A DNA stretch of 64,000 nt from Felis catus. Taxonomy: Eukaryota. The translations under genes were made by a program, and so were the position numbers. The notes beneath the pieces are model-generated. The model had not been told where the DNA came from, did no database searches, and saw only the letters and a list, made by a program, of their open reading frames with translations. The DNA lies in the NCBI RefSeq assembly GCF_018350175.1, contig NC_058368.1, forward strand, positions 88,352,001 through 88,416,000, read 5' to 3'. Below are positions 1-14,166 of this stretch, one piece after another. Every line of letters starts with the position of its first letter. Positions within the stretch are counted from its first letter, which is position 1.

Positions 1-1429
1 AGGGGAGCTGTGGGGGTGGAGTCAGGGCACCAGGGGAGGGGAGAGGTGGGGAGAAGAGTCAGGGCACCTGGGGTGGGAGCAGTGGGGGTGGAGTTAGAGC
101 ACCTGGGATTAGGAGTAACTGGTGTTGGAATTACTGCCAGGTTTCATAGGGATTTTTGAAAAGGGCTGGCCTTTTAGGTTGCCCTTCATAGTGAGAGTTG
201 GCCTGTGCCTTGGAGTCCAGTGGTTAAACAGGTAGGTGTCTGTGCTTAGGTTCCAGCCTGATTTGGCAATGGAGTTTTGCTAGTGGAAGTGTGTAAGATG
301 AAAAAGTTAACTCTGGAGTCAAGGTTAATAAGTAGCATAAAATGATCCTGATGTACCTTTTTTTTTTAACAGTCTAATTCTGCAGAGAACTGTTGTCTCC
401 ATCAATTTATGTTTCACGGGAGACAATGGCCCAGAGATAATGCCCTAACACTCCAGTGTCTTCAAAGTGCCACATACCTTGCTGGTGCTTGGGGTCTCAA
501 GCATCCCCAGGTGCTGGAAAAGGAGAGGCTAGTTCTGGAGAACTCACCGGGAGTCCTGGCCCTGCTTTGAGTACTGTCAGTTGCAGAAGTCTGTGCAGCC
601 CAGCCGCCAGGAGATGAAGGGCAGTGGCTATCTCCAGCATGAGCGGATGCTGGCAGGACCGCCCTAGCAGGCCAAGGGTGGGACAGGTTTGCTTTCCTTC
701 CGACTTCAGGGCTCTTGATGGCAGAAGTCACCTGGCCTGTGGCTCTTCCTCTGACTGCTGATGTGAGATGCACAGATACCCACGGAGTTTTGAGGAGCCT
801 GGGGTCAGCATGTGTGTGTGTGTGCACATGCAAGTCCATGTGTGTATGCACATGTGTGTGCACTCTGAGTCCCTGGTGTGAGTCTGGAGTTCAGCTGTCA
901 CAGAGAACCACACGCTCCACCTCTAGGAACCTCGTTCCTCATGGGCTGTTGCAGGAACTGCAGCTTCTGGAGTTAGGGTAGCCTGCCTACCTGCACGTGC
1001 CCAGGGCCCAGGGCCCGAACTGCGTCCTCCTGCCTCACTCCAAGCTCCACAGGACACGATCCTGCCACTGCATCTGGGCACAGCAGAAGCTCTCAATAAC
1101 TGTCCTGTTGACACACGTACACATCTGCTGTGCCCTCCCTGATCTCCCCAGCACTGAGCCTGAGAAGAAGGAGCTTCTGGGGCTGAGAGCTCCAATCTCA
1201 CGGTGCCAGAAAAGTGCTGGGGCACTTGCTCACATGCCAGCATCAGACTGGGGGCCCTGAAAGCACAGGCCCACTTGTCATTCTGGAGGTTGGTAAGGAC
1301 AGGCCAAATACAGTAGACAGAGATGAGGGCTATACCTCACCAAAGTAACAAGAACCAGAAGATACCCATGAAGGTTATTTTCTAGACGTGCTACTTCCTG
1401 TGTCTTCTTGAACAAGCCAGCTTCCAGAA

Positions 1430-1820
1430 ATTTGCGCACTCCTAGGTGACCCCAAATTCACATCCACACTGAACTGGAATGCGACATTAGCAGAAATGGC
1501 CACATTATGCAAAAGCTAGCCCTGGATCAGGGCGGGCCCTGAGTCAGTGACAGGTGTCCTTATGAGACAAGGGAGGGGGAATTTCAGTCAGCCATTTGGT
1601 GATGGAGGCAGAGACTGGGGAGACACGGCCATGAGTCCAGAACTCCTGAGGCTCTGGCAGTCAGGAGAGGCAGGAGAGATCCTCCTGGAGCCTTCAGAGG
1701 AAGCATGGCCCTGTGACACCTTGACCTCAGTCTCCTGGCCTGCAGACCTGGGAGAGAACAAAGCCTGCTGTCCTAGGTCCCCCACTTGTACTTCATTAGC
1801 AGCCCCAGAAAATTAGCACT
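1430..1820 (+). mobile_element. MaLR solo LTR, MLT1C-like
   Basis: MLT1-type motifs ggtgtccttatgaga, gatggaggcagagactgg and gagccttcagaggaagcatggccctgtgacaccttgacctcag, recognised from recalled consensus. Boundaries approximate. Confidence 0.7.
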
Positions 1821-2524
1821 ATACCTGCACAGCCAGAGGACAGCCACAGGAGAGCCTATTCCAAAGCAGTCTGCAGGTGGCCCGGCCTGTGAGAGAAGGG
1901 CTCACCCACTTCCGCACTCTGCCCCCATCCTTTCCTGAGGGGCCCTCCCACTGGGATCCCAAGCAGAAAGCAGCATCAACATGTATCTTCAAAATACATT
2001 CTAAAACTACGGTATCTCTTCTATTTCTGGGCAGAAATGGGGCATCTAAAGAAAAAATCGACACTTTTTAAAATAGGTGCAATATGTATTTTTTTCACAC
2101 TTGGCTAAAAACTGGGCAGGGGAAGAACATTTCAGGTGTTTATAGGATGACCTCCAGATGTACTAGACTTCGGGTAGAAAATCACAGCACAACCAGGAAG
2201 GAACTGGCCTGTCCCTAGAGAAGGACAGACTGAGGGCACTGGGGCCCACACACAGTGGCCCAGAGAAGGGGGGGTCTCGGGCCTGAATGTTGTCCTGCAG
2301 AAGGGGCTCTGCTCACATAGCACACAGAGTTAGGGGGGCAGAGTCAAAAATCAGCAGACTTCTTTACCAGAGACTTAAATTGCCCTTTTGCACCAAGCAA
2401 GGACAGAGAAACAATGAAGACTCCGCTAGCTGTGCTGCTGGCCATGCAAAGCAGCCTTGAGCACTGGGGTCAGCTTCCAGCTGCTGTCCAGGCTCCAAGG
2501 GGCTCAAGTATGAAAGGGGAGTGG

Positions 2525-2700
2525 CCTGCAAGGAGGGGGGAGTGGGTACGGGGGGAGCCCTGCAGGGAGGAGGAATGGGGAGGGAGGGCAGGGAGTGGGG
2601 TGGGGGGGGGAGCAGGGGGCAGTGGGGGGAGGAGAGGGGGGAGAAGGGGGAGAGTGGGGGGGAGGAGTGAGGGGAGTAAGGGTAGGGAGCAGGGAATCAG
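2525..2700. repeat. G/A-rich low-complexity tract downstream of the SNAP47 stop codon
   Basis: Runs of G interspersed with A; C/U-rich on the SNAP47 sense strand. Confidence 0.8.
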
Positions 2701-2970
2701 GGCCCAGGACAGGTGGGAGCAAGAGGAGCTGGGGCCACCATGGGGGTGCAGGCCTCCTGGAGCTTCTCCTCCCCCCTGGGGGCCATGGTCAGCATCACAG
2801 TACACAGGGAGCCAGGCCCCTACAGCCCAGGCAGGCCTGCACCTCCCAGGGCAAGGCCTCCAGGTACCGCCTAGCCCTGGACCCAACTTCCCGGGCTTTC
2901 TGGTCAAGGAAGCGTGCAGGTGTTGAGAACAAAGCACTCAGGGAAGTGACTGTCATGCTTTCTTGTCCCT

Positions 2971-3117
2971 CTAAGTCAGTTTCTTTGCCCTCCGATTGTG
3001 CTTGTCGATGGTTAGGGTGGTCCGGTCCACGGCAGCGGTGATGTCATCCAGGGCCTCGTCCTGCCTCTCCAGCTCTGCCTCGGTGTCCAGGGCAAGACCC
3101 TTGAGTTTCCTCAGGAT
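2971..3117 (-). CDS. SNAP47: SNAP47 terminal coding exon (C-terminal SNARE motif and stop)
   Basis: Acceptor ctcttgcag|ATC; translates ILRKLKGLALDTEAELERQDEALDDITAAVDRTTLTIDKHNRRAKKLT* with TAG at 2973-2971. Absent from the ORF track because it has no start codon. Total CDS 485+491+125+147=1248 nt = 415 aa. Confidence 0.95.
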   Translation of the reverse strand: MLRKLKGLALDTEAELERQDEALDDITAAVDRTTLTIDKHNRRAKKLT

Positions 3118-6100
3118 CTGCAAGAGAGGCACATGTGGCAGGGGGGGATGCCTTTCTTCAAACTCTCAAAAACAGTGTATCTTCCCGTCACGTTTATAGT
3201 GCTTAGGAAATGTTGTGAGTCAGTAGGGGTGATGAACACTTTGCCCTCCAGTCCTGGGTCTGGGTCTCAGCTGGGCCACTCAGCAGCATTGACCCCCAGG
3301 GCGGGCAGCAGGCTGGAGTTGACAATGCAGCCTGGGGTCTGTACAGTCACTGTCTTCAGTACCTGTCTGCACCCAAGGACCGAACCCAGACTAGCTGGAA
3401 ACACAGGATTTACAAAGAAAAGCCAAACCACTTTCTCCTTTGTGTTTGAAACATTTCACATACAAAGCACCCAAGGGAGGCGAGATCGTGGAGCACAATC
3501 CTGCGGGCTGAGAGGGGAGGAGGGACGCTGACAGGCTGGATGGTGGCCCCTCGCCCCATTTCTGTGGCTCAGTCACACGTCCAAAGTCTCACATGCTGTA
3601 AGAGCAGGCGTTTTACTGCAATTCTACTGAGACTACTTGCATTGTGAAAGGTACTTTAACTACGTGCGTGCTGAGCCTGGCTTTAAAACTTTAATATCCT
3701 CAAGCTGACAACAAAAAGGAATGATTTTAAGAGAAATCTTAATGACCAACTACCTACAATAAATGTTAATGCCAGTTTCAGGGAAAGTCGGGTCAGGACA
3801 AAGGGCCTGCAGAATGTGAATCGCCGAGGAGCACGGGGTGCCTGTCTGCCCTCTCCCAGCGGGTCCATGGCCCGCAGATGACTTCTAAGTCCTTGGTCAT
3901 GCAGGGACGAATGTCAGCAGTGACTGGCCCAGGGGACACAGCGGGGACCCCACAGGGCGCCATACCACGCACTGATATCACCCCCACTGGCACCACCAGG
4001 TGACACCACAGCCTAGGACTGGCCACACCTCAGGGACAGCACACCAGTCCCCAGGTGATGTCTCGGGAGGCATCGCAAGAAGCCACCCTGCACTGCTGGC
4101 TGCCACACGAGGAAGAGAATGGAGGCAGGGAGGTGGCCGGGAGGATGAGCAGATCAGCTCCTTCCTCAGGAGCGGTGAGGCCGGAATGAGCTCACAAATG
4201 GGAGCAAGCTGTCAAAACTATAAAGCGCCATGTGAGGCGCGCCCGCCAAGTCCTGGAGGCTCAGCTGCAGGAGCACTGCGACAGCCTGCTTCGTGGAGGG
4301 GCCGGCGGTGAGGAGCACAGAGGTCGCTGTGACAGAGGCAGGCTGGGCCCCTCACCTCTCTGCGAGCCCAGCATCACCCCTGGGAGCCCCGTCCAGGCAC
4401 GGAACAACAAAACCTGACCCGAGGTAGCAGGCTCAGACACCAGCCTTGCGCGCCCTCTGGGAGCCGCTGAGTCACTGGAAAAACTGGACGGAGCTCTGGA
4501 AAGTATACTGTGGGGTCAGTCGGCTCTGAGGGACGGGCTGGATGACCTAATACAGGAGGTCTTTTCCATCGCGTTCCTATGACCTCACATGGCTGAGGCC
4601 CAAACAGCACAATAAACAGTCACCGCTCAGCACCGTGTGAGGCAGGTCCCTCTCCCACCAACCACCCCTCCCAGCAGGCCTCCACCTTGAGTGCACCAAC
4701 GCGGCGCTCCAGGAGGTATGCACACACCATGTCCCTGGCGGGCTGGCCTGTACTACCCATGTGCACCCTATTCCACACCCACGAGGGGACCCCCTGTGCT
4801 GGGCCATCTATGTCCCTGTCAACCCCACCAAGCATCTTCCAGGACCAGCAGGATCTGCACTGTGAGCAGGCACAGGTGCACCTGTGCTGATGGCATGGGC
4901 TTTTAGTAAGGCAGCTACTGGCCAGATCTCACTGGGCAAGCACACAGGACACAGAACTAGAAAAGGAAGTATGTTGTCCTGAACCCAAACCCAGCTGGTG
5001 CTGTCAGACAAGCACTGCTAGCAACGCTGTGGCGCTTGAGCATCTGGCCTCCTTCCACCCCGTGCCCACACGCTCGCACAGACGTGTGACTCTGGGGGCT
5101 GAAGCACACACCCACGACCTCATCCTGGTCAGCCCAGATCTGGGTAAGGACTGTGGGTCCCCTGCCATGCACCCCAACTGGTCTCTAAGAGCCTTCAAAC
5201 TAGCTGTGTCTCAAACCAGGCCCAGGAGCTTGCCCAAGACCCTAAGCTCAGGGCCAGTCAGTGCAGCCCTGATGTGATGAGCCCACAGGGATCATGGTGT
5301 GATGACCTAGGTCATAGCACTCACACAGCCATGTGAGGGGGTTAGGACCCAGGCCTGCTCTCATAGCCCTGAGCAGCTATGGCAGATGTCCTGCCTATGG
5401 AGAGCCACAGCTGGGACTTGAAATTTTCTAACGTGCACATTTTCAACAGTAAAAACGGTAAGTATTATGACTGTCAACAATGCACCCTATTTTACCCCAT
5501 CAAACCAAGATATTCTCACTTCAGCGTGAGGTCAACGCGAACAATGCTAACGAGACACATGCTTTCATCAATTGCCGAATGGTGTACTCCCAGCACACCT
5601 CAAGCTGGATAAGCCACACTTCCAGTGCTCGGTGGCCACATGTGGCCCATGGCCATTGTGCCAGGGAGCACAAGACCACCCCACCATGTGACAGCTCTCC
5701 CAACAGAGCCGTGCCCCTTCGTGGCCCAGCGCATGCCTCTTGCCAGGATCCAGGACCGGCTGACTCGCCCGCAAACGCGGAGCATTCTGTTGAGTGTACA
5801 GTCCAAACACGGCACGTTCCTGTTGACTTGCTGGACTCTGAAAATGTCTCTCTGAGTCGCCTTCTGTGCAGCCCGTGAGGAGACCCTGGCCGGCCCGCCA
5901 AAACTGTGCTTGAAATGAACTGATACTGCAGAAATACGAGTGCCCTTTACAGCCACCATGTCTGCCAGTAAAATTACTGAGGACACTGTCAGGCTAAGAG
6001 TGCGCATTGCATGCTGGTGTGGTGTTCTTTCCCTTTAAGAAAGGGGCTGGAGACACTAAGCGGCACCATGTGCATTCCACAGAACACAGGGTGGAAAGAA

Positions 6101-8374
6101 TGGGGAGTAGCAAGTCTGGCCAAACCTGAACAGTTGTTACTGCTGTGGCCCAGGATGACAAGCTGTCTCGTCAGCAATGTCTCATGCTGCCAGTCTCTGA
6201 AGGATCAGCAGGCCGCTCAGAGGAGCCATCCCTGGGCACTGTCTCAACCCGGCTCCACGGCTCGTCCTCAGGTCCCTGCCCCAGTGACAAGCCATCTTCC
6301 TGGACACATGTGAACCTACACAAAAATGACCTGAGTAAAAGCGCACTGAGTTTTGGGAGGAAGCAACTTTCGTAAACTACAGAGAAACACACGGTGCACA
6401 CAGCACAGGCGAGGCATAGACAGACACGAACAGGCACTGCCGGGAAAGCTCGGTCCCCTCCGGCAGGGCACTGGGCCCACTCAGCAGCTTCAACAACCAG
6501 GAGAGATGCCTGGATGGCTCGGGCCAGCAGCGGGTGGCACCACGTGGTCCCCAGGGCAGAGAAGTTACTGTGCTCTCTCTGTACTGGCCGTATGCCAGGA
6601 TGGCTTGTACCTCCCGACACCACGGACCGCAAGATAGTGGCGCAGATGACACTCTCATTCTGTTTATAATAAATGATGGAAAAACAGCTCATCCAGCAAG
6701 GAAGGTCCACTTACAAACACGTGTGTTTCAATGTAAGCGCCTTACCACAAGCTGTCAAGGTGTGAGAATCAGAGGGAGGAGGCAGAGGCCCAGCTCCGCT
6801 GTGAGCCTCCAGGGCCCTGGTTGTCCAGCCTCCGGCTCCGACCACGTCACTGTGGCAGGGGAGGGACACAGAGCACAGAAGGATGGACCTTCACATGTGC
6901 ACATCTGCAATGTGCTAACTCACCGTCTGAAGAAGAAAATGCCTTGTTCTGCCTCATGATAAAACCCCAGGATTCAGAGTACCACTACATCAATATTGAG
7001 CACCTAAAGTGAGTTTAGTATTAGTGAGACTGTCTGCCCTGATCTTGTTATTAAGCTGACTCACTGAAAAACTGTGAATTTTCTTGCAGTGAGAAATTAG
7101 TAACCATTTAAGAACAGAGCTGGGATAAATCAAGCTGTCTGCAAGTCCAAATAGTTCTTCCAGTTGGGGCCATTAATATGCTATAGAGAAGGTAAGGAGG
7201 GAAACACTGGCTTCCAGCACAGCCAAAGCTCTGGAGGCTGTAAAGAACATTCTAGGCTACGATCTGTCACATTCAGCACTCATAGACCACCCCCATGTCC
7301 CACCTCGTCCGTTCTGCTGCATTCCTCGAGGCCCTGAGGGCTGTCTGTGGACAGCAGCACAGGGTTCTCTTCTAGGGAGGCCCCTCCTCAAGACCGCCTC
7401 CCTGTGCAGTGGGTGGAGAAGTGGACTCACCAGGATCCTATCCCGACAGTGAGACATGGGCAGCTGCGTTCAGGGATCCCTCAGCCCTCAAAGTGGGCCG
7501 ACCGGCCTGTCCAACTCAGGGTCCAGGCAGGGCAGGCACACGGAACGCCGCCCAGGACTAGGGGGGCCCCGGGCACCAGCTCACCATCAGGTCACCATGG
7601 GATCCAAGTAGGACTCACCCCAGAATGCAAGAAAATAGAGGTAAAGGCCTAAGACCTGCATCCCACACGGAGACATGTTCAAGACCTAACTAGGGAAGGG
7701 TGTCCGTGTTCCTAGGCTGCAAGATGGCGGTACGTCCCAAAGTGACCTATACATTCACCACAATCCGTGTCAAATTTCCAGAAGACTTTCTTCCTCCCCA
7801 GAAGGAGGAGGAATCTCCAATCCCTCCTCCAATCTGTCTGGAATTGCAACGAGCCCTTCAGGGCCAAAGCAACCCTGGAGAAGGAGACTGAGGCAGGAGG
7901 ACTCACAGCTCCCCACACCAGCGTGGGAAGGAGTGTGTGGAAAATACTACAGGGGGAGTGACCCTGGGACCTGGGAGTGGCAGTGGGGCCCAGACATACA
8001 GACACAGTGAATGCACACACGTGAGCCATCCACACACCGTGTACTTGGCTGCAGAAAGGAAAGTGCAGGTGCTTCAAGACCATCAGCTGGAAAGCTCAGT
8101 GCGCAGCGAGGAAAGCCTAGCGTGGATGGACACACAGGTGACTGCACCTGAAGGAGGTTCCCAGAGCAGGTGACCTCAAGGAGCAGCACAGGAGGGCCAC
8201 GGCCGGGAGCTGACACTGTACGGGACTTGGACACAACCGCACACTTACATGATGAGTGTTCACTACAACAGCACACACAGGGTAAAGTGCTGAGGCGCAC
8301 CATCCTGAAATGTCTGCACTTTAAGGTGTGGGGTTCCCTTGGAGCTGAGGCAAGAGGAAAGCATACACTCCTGC

Positions 8375-8810
8375 CTGGCTCCCCCTGCTCCTGCCCTGCC
8401 CACCCCACCCCAGCCCCCGCTCCACCCTGCCCCCCCAGCTCCTACCCTCCCTCGTAATTGCTCCTGCCCTCCCAACCCCACCCCATGCTCCCCCCTGCTC
8501 CCCCCACCTCCTGTCCTCCCCACCCCACCCCACTCCACACTCCACCCTGCTCCCCGCCAGCTCCTGCCCCCCTCACTCCTGCTCCTGCCCTCAACCCAGG
8601 CTCTATAGCCCCTGCTCCTGTTCCCCAATACCTGCTCCTGACCCTACCCACTCCTGCCGTCCCCTGTCCTGCGCTCCGCCCCCTCACCTCTGCTCCTGCC
8701 CCTGAGCTCCTTCCTCAAGCTCCTCTCTCCCATGCTACTCCCCTTTCCCCCCACCCCCACAACCATGCTCCTCCCTCCCTGAGCTCCTGTCTCTAGCACT
8801 CCTCCCTCCA
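8375..8810. repeat. C-rich low-complexity tract
   Basis: Degenerate ccctgctcc / ccccacccc units. Confidence 0.8.
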
Positions 8811-9589
8811 CACAGCCCAGCAGCTGCTCTAGTTGGGGCTGGCACATTCTAGAATCTGTCTGCGGCACTGCCTCCCCATCCACGTCTCCGGGGCAGTGGA
8901 AGGGGCACAACGTGTTCCCAACCACCCAGACTGCAAGGGAGCTGCCCCTCCTCAAAGCCCAGCTGTGTCCTGGCGATGCCCTGGGGCCGATCACCACGGC
9001 CAGCGATTTCAGGGGGCAGCATAGGAGGGAGGGCATGAAGCCGCAGCAGGCGGGCCAGAGCCAGGACCCTAGTTCCTAGTGCAGGGCCCATCCCAGGACG
9101 CCTGTCTTCTCACTGAGATGTCAACGGTCAAGGATGTCAGAGGTTTCCAAGGCTCTTCTTATGGTTTCACACAAGTGACACAGGACATGATGTCAGGGCA
9201 TTTTTAATAACTTACAAAGTAACAGATACTGAAAAGAGGGGCCTAACTCACCAGCAGTATCTGGACTGGCATCAAAACCATAAATACGAGTGGCATCGTA
9301 ACCTCCCGTACCCCACAAAGCAGCACTGCTTTTCCCATAAGTGATGAAAATGACTTGGAAGGGTTCAGGGGAAGATACAGGACAGTAAGAGAACAGGCAG
9401 GGGGAAGGGTAGAAACCTGAAATGAGTTCAGCACCCACTGCTCAAACATCAGCAGTCACTCCAAACAGCTCAGGGCACTGAATCCAGCCTCTTGGCCAGC
9501 AAGGACACCAGCAGTTCCCGTCCCCGAGCAGAGCCCAGTCCAGCAAGGTGCCTGACTGCCTGCCTGCGCCAATGCCCCTCCATGATCTC

Positions 9590-10447
9590 ACCGGGATCTC
9601 ACATCCCGAGTCCTCACCCTGCACCCCCAGAAAGGGGACCGAGACTTCACAGCCTGGGTTCTCACCCCACACCCCCAGAAAGGGAACCGTGAGCTCACAG
9701 CCCAGGTCCTCACCCCTCACCCCCAGCATGGGGACTGTGACCTCACAGCCCGGGTTCTCATAACCCCACACTCCCAGTATGGGGACCATGACCTCATAGT
9801 GCGGGTCCTCACCCCACACCCTCAGAATGGGGACTGTGAGCTCACAGCCCAGGTCCTCACCTCGCACCCCCAGTACGGGGACCATGACCTCACAGCCCGG
9901 GTCCTCACCCTGCACCTCGAGAACGGGAACCGTGACCTCACAGCCCGGGTCCTCACCCCACACCCCTAGAACAGGGGCCGTGACCTCACAGTCTGGGTCC
10001 TCACCCCGCATCCCCAGTATGGGGACTGTGACCTCACAGCCCGGGTCCTCACCCCTCACCCCCAGTATGAGGACCGTGACCTCACAGCCCAGGTCCTCAC
10101 CCTGTACCCCCAGAATGGGGACTGTGACCTCAGCCCGGGTCCTCACCCTGCACCCCCAGAATGGGGACCGAGACCTTACAGCCTGGGTCCTCACCCTGCA
10201 CCCTCAGAATGGGGACCGTGACCTCACAGCCCGGGTCCTCACCCTGCACCCCTAGAATGGGGACCATGAGCTCACAGCCCGGGTCCTCACCCTGTACCCC
10301 CAGAAAGGGGACCGTGTGCTCACAGCCCGGGTCCTCATCACCCCACACTCCCAGTACAGGGACTGTGACCTCACAGCCTGGGTCCTCACCCCCACCCCCA
10401 GAATGGGGACCGTGAGCTCACAGCCCAGGTCCTCACCCTGCACCCCC
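9590..10447. repeat. 48-bp minisatellite (VNTR), about 18 copies
   Basis: Unit ggggaccgtgacctcacagcccgggtcctcaccctgcacccc(c/t)agaat, e.g. 10211-10258; produces 16-aa periodic ORFs. Confidence 0.95.
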
Positions 10448-12396
10448 TGTTATAGGAAGGGCAGGAGCATCTGGTGAACCCTCCTTTGCCACGTCTGTGG
10501 CTACACGTCAGGCTGCGGTCCCTGTACCATGGTCAGCAGGGAAAGCTAGATCAGGAGCAGACAGGGCAGTGGGGGTTAAGACATGATGGAGAAAACTCCC
10601 AGCGAGGGGAGAACTGCATCCAGCAGGCAGCGGACACTGCTGTCCTGACAAACAGGCCGCAGTCCCAAGGCAGGAAAGGCCAGCGCATCAGACGCGAGAC
10701 ATGGTTCACGGCGCTCTGCCAAACCCGTCCAGGGAATCCGGTGCCTCTTCCAGTCCCCGTGGACAGTGGCCGCCGCGGTGAGAGCTGGCCCGCTGCGCTG
10801 AGCACGCTGGCCCCGGGGAAACCACAGCCGGTCGTCTCTGTCAGCATCCGAACTGCTTTCCACGTAACAACTGTAACAGCATCTGCCACAGAAACCACAG
10901 CTGAACGGGAGGGGGGTTGGGGGGGGGGTGGGTCTTGCATTTCTGTTTTCCCCAGAAATTTACCTCATTCCTACTTTCGCTTGAGCTTCAACTACAGCTA
11001 AGAATTCTTGTCTAAATATGAAACATGTGTTTCACCTCTAGAGGACGAGGTCCTGTGGAGCTGGGCCCTCCCTGCAGGGGGGGAGGCAGCTGGCTGGTGC
11101 AGAGCCCTGCTCTCCTGCAGTGCTCCCCAGCCCCACTACCCAGGGGTCATTGCTTCCCCGCCCTGCAACTGGCGTCCTGACTCACGGCTTGGTCACCTGT
11201 GGACAACGGTCAGGACTAACCCCAGGGACGCAGTGTCTCATGGGGAAGGAGGGCACGGGAGCCCATCCTACTCACATCCTGACCTCTACCACCTAGGGAA
11301 TAGACTGCTGGTTTGAAATTGGAAGGGGCCTTTCAAACCACATGGACGCCACCAGAACCAACAGATGAAATCCCTACACTTCCTATCAAAAAGTCACGTT
11401 CCTGCCTCGGCCTCAACACAACACGGTGGGATGCCTTCATAGGAGGGTGGGAGAGGGTCCCCGATCCCCCCAGCCTGAGGCCTGTGTACTCTCATCCTCT
11501 CTCAGGAGAACGGGGACTTGTCTGTTATAGGATAAGGGTTTCTCAAGGCCTGAAGCTGTGTTCTGCAGTCAATACGTGGGTCACAAGGAGTAGTCAGTAA
11601 CCTGCAGAATTTGTGGTTGCAGCTAGAAAGCAGCGTTCCTATGTGTCATTACTGAAAGTGACTAAGTTAGACCAGGGGAAAGAGTGACAGCTCATGCATA
11701 TTTAAAATATCCCACAGCAAAGATGAATGCCTTTTTTCCAAGGAGGAAATGGCCCAGCTTAAAGGAGACCGTGCCTCTGCAGATGCATCAATAGGACTTC
11801 TTTAAAAACAGGTTTAAAAGACGAACGGTCTTCCTGTGTGCCCTGGTGGAAGAGTGAGGTGCCACTGACGGAATAGCCTCTCCAAAGCAGAGCCTGAGTC
11901 TGACAAAGTGTCTAGCTATGAACCAGGGAATCCAAGTTTTCTCTACAAATATACCATGAAGCGAACGGGAAGGGCAGAGAGAAGCTGTACACATGCAGGC
12001 GCTTTGCTGAGTGTCCCGCGTGGGGCCGCGTGCGGGTCCTGAGCGGCACAAACACACACACACCTCCCTGAACACGAGGACTGATGTCTGGTGAACCCAG
12101 GTGAGCGTGGCAGGGTGTGGGGGTTTCTACCAGTTCTTACGTTCTACAGACGTGCACTGACACGTCTACGATGCGCACATACACGATGTCTAGGCATTTG
12201 CTTCAAAATTACTTAAAAAGGAAAAAGTTAAATCACTATTGTCCAGCAATAACATAGGAAGACAAATTAAAATATTTCCATCTAATATTGTTTAAAGTTC
12301 TACTTCTGGACAAAAAGAGGCAAGAATCCAGTGTCAAGCCCTTGAGAGAAATGTGGGTGAGTATGCTCAGTTGTACACACCCCTGTGGGGCACCTG

Positions 12397-13970
12397 CACA
12401 CACACATACACACACACACACAGACATACAGACATGCACACAGCACATGCACACACAGCACACACACAGATACATGCACAGCAGATGTACACATACACAG
12501 CACATGAACACACAACACACACACAGACATATACATGCGCACAGCACATGCACACACATGCAGACATACACAGACACATACACAGCAAATGTACACACAC
12601 CACACGCAAAGCACATGCATCCAGACATACACAGATACACAGAGTACATGCACACATACACAGACATACACACACACAGCACATGCACACACAGCACACA
12701 CATGGACATATACACATGGCACAGCACATGCACACATATGCAGACATACACAGACACATGCACAGCACATGCACACACACCACACGCACAGCACATGCAC
12801 ACAGACATACACACATGCAGAGTACATGCACACATACATGGACACACAGACATACACACACACAGCAAACAAATGGACACACACAGCACATGTACACATA
12901 GCACACACACAGACGCATGCACAGTACATGCACATACAGAACACACACGGACATACACAGACACACAGCACACGAACACACAGACACACGCAGAGTACAT
13001 GCACACACATGCAGACATACACATACACATGCACAGCACATGCACACACAGCACACATACAGATATACACATAGGCACAGCACATGCACACACACCACAT
13101 GCACAGCACATGCACACAGACATACACAGACACACACAGAGTACATGCACACACACAGCCCACACACATACAGACACATGCACACATAACCACACACACA
13201 GACGCATGCACAGCACATGCACACACAGAACACATGCAGACATACACAGACACCCACACAGCATACACACAGACACATGCACAGCACATGAACACACAGA
13301 ACACACACAGACATACACATACACACGTGTAGCACACACACACATACACACACAAAGCACATGCACACACAGACACACATGGACATAGACACATACACAG
13401 CACTCTCACACAGAGCACACACACGGACATACAGACACATGCACAACACATGCACACACACGCACAGCACACGCACACACACACATACACAGACATATGC
13501 ACAGCACATGCACACACAGCCTATACACAGACACATGCACACACACCATACACACAGATGCATGGATAGCACATGCACACACACGTGGACATACATAGAT
13601 ACACACAGCACACACACACAGACATATGCACAGCACATGCACACATACAGCCCACACATGGACACAGACACATGCACACACATGTGGACATACACATACA
13701 CACACAGCACATGCACACACAGACACACATGGACCTACAGACACACAGCACATTCACACAGAGTACACACATGGACAGACACACACACAGCATATGCACA
13801 CACAGCCCACACACGGACATACACAGACACATGCATACACACCAAACACGCAGTACAGGCACACACAGACACACGCAAAGCACATGCACATATACAGACA
13901 CACGCAGAGCACACACACACAGTGCACACAAACACAGTACACATGTATGCACATATCTGCATATGTACAA
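12397..13970. repeat. Degenerate (CA)n/CACATG simple-repeat array, about 1.6 kb
   Basis: Continuous cacacag/cacatg/catacac variants; source of the long H/T- and C/V-rich spurious ORFs. Confidence 0.95.
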
Positions 13971-14166
13971 CAGGCAGGAGCGGCCACAGGCAGACCGTGT
14001 GTGTACAGGCCCACTGGCGTGTCTGCATGTCACCAAGTGCAAGGACCCAGAACAAGCACCGCTCTTTCTCTGCTCTCTGCATCTGCAGAGAGCAAGATGC
14101 ACGGTGGCCCATGTACACCAGCAGGGAGATGTGTGCAGGCGCCACGGCACCGGGAGCGCACATTAC

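Noticed and set aside
9590..10447. CRISPR-like appearance of regular repeats
   Set aside because: Head-to-tail tandem units with no unique spacers, in mammalian DNA with no cas genes.
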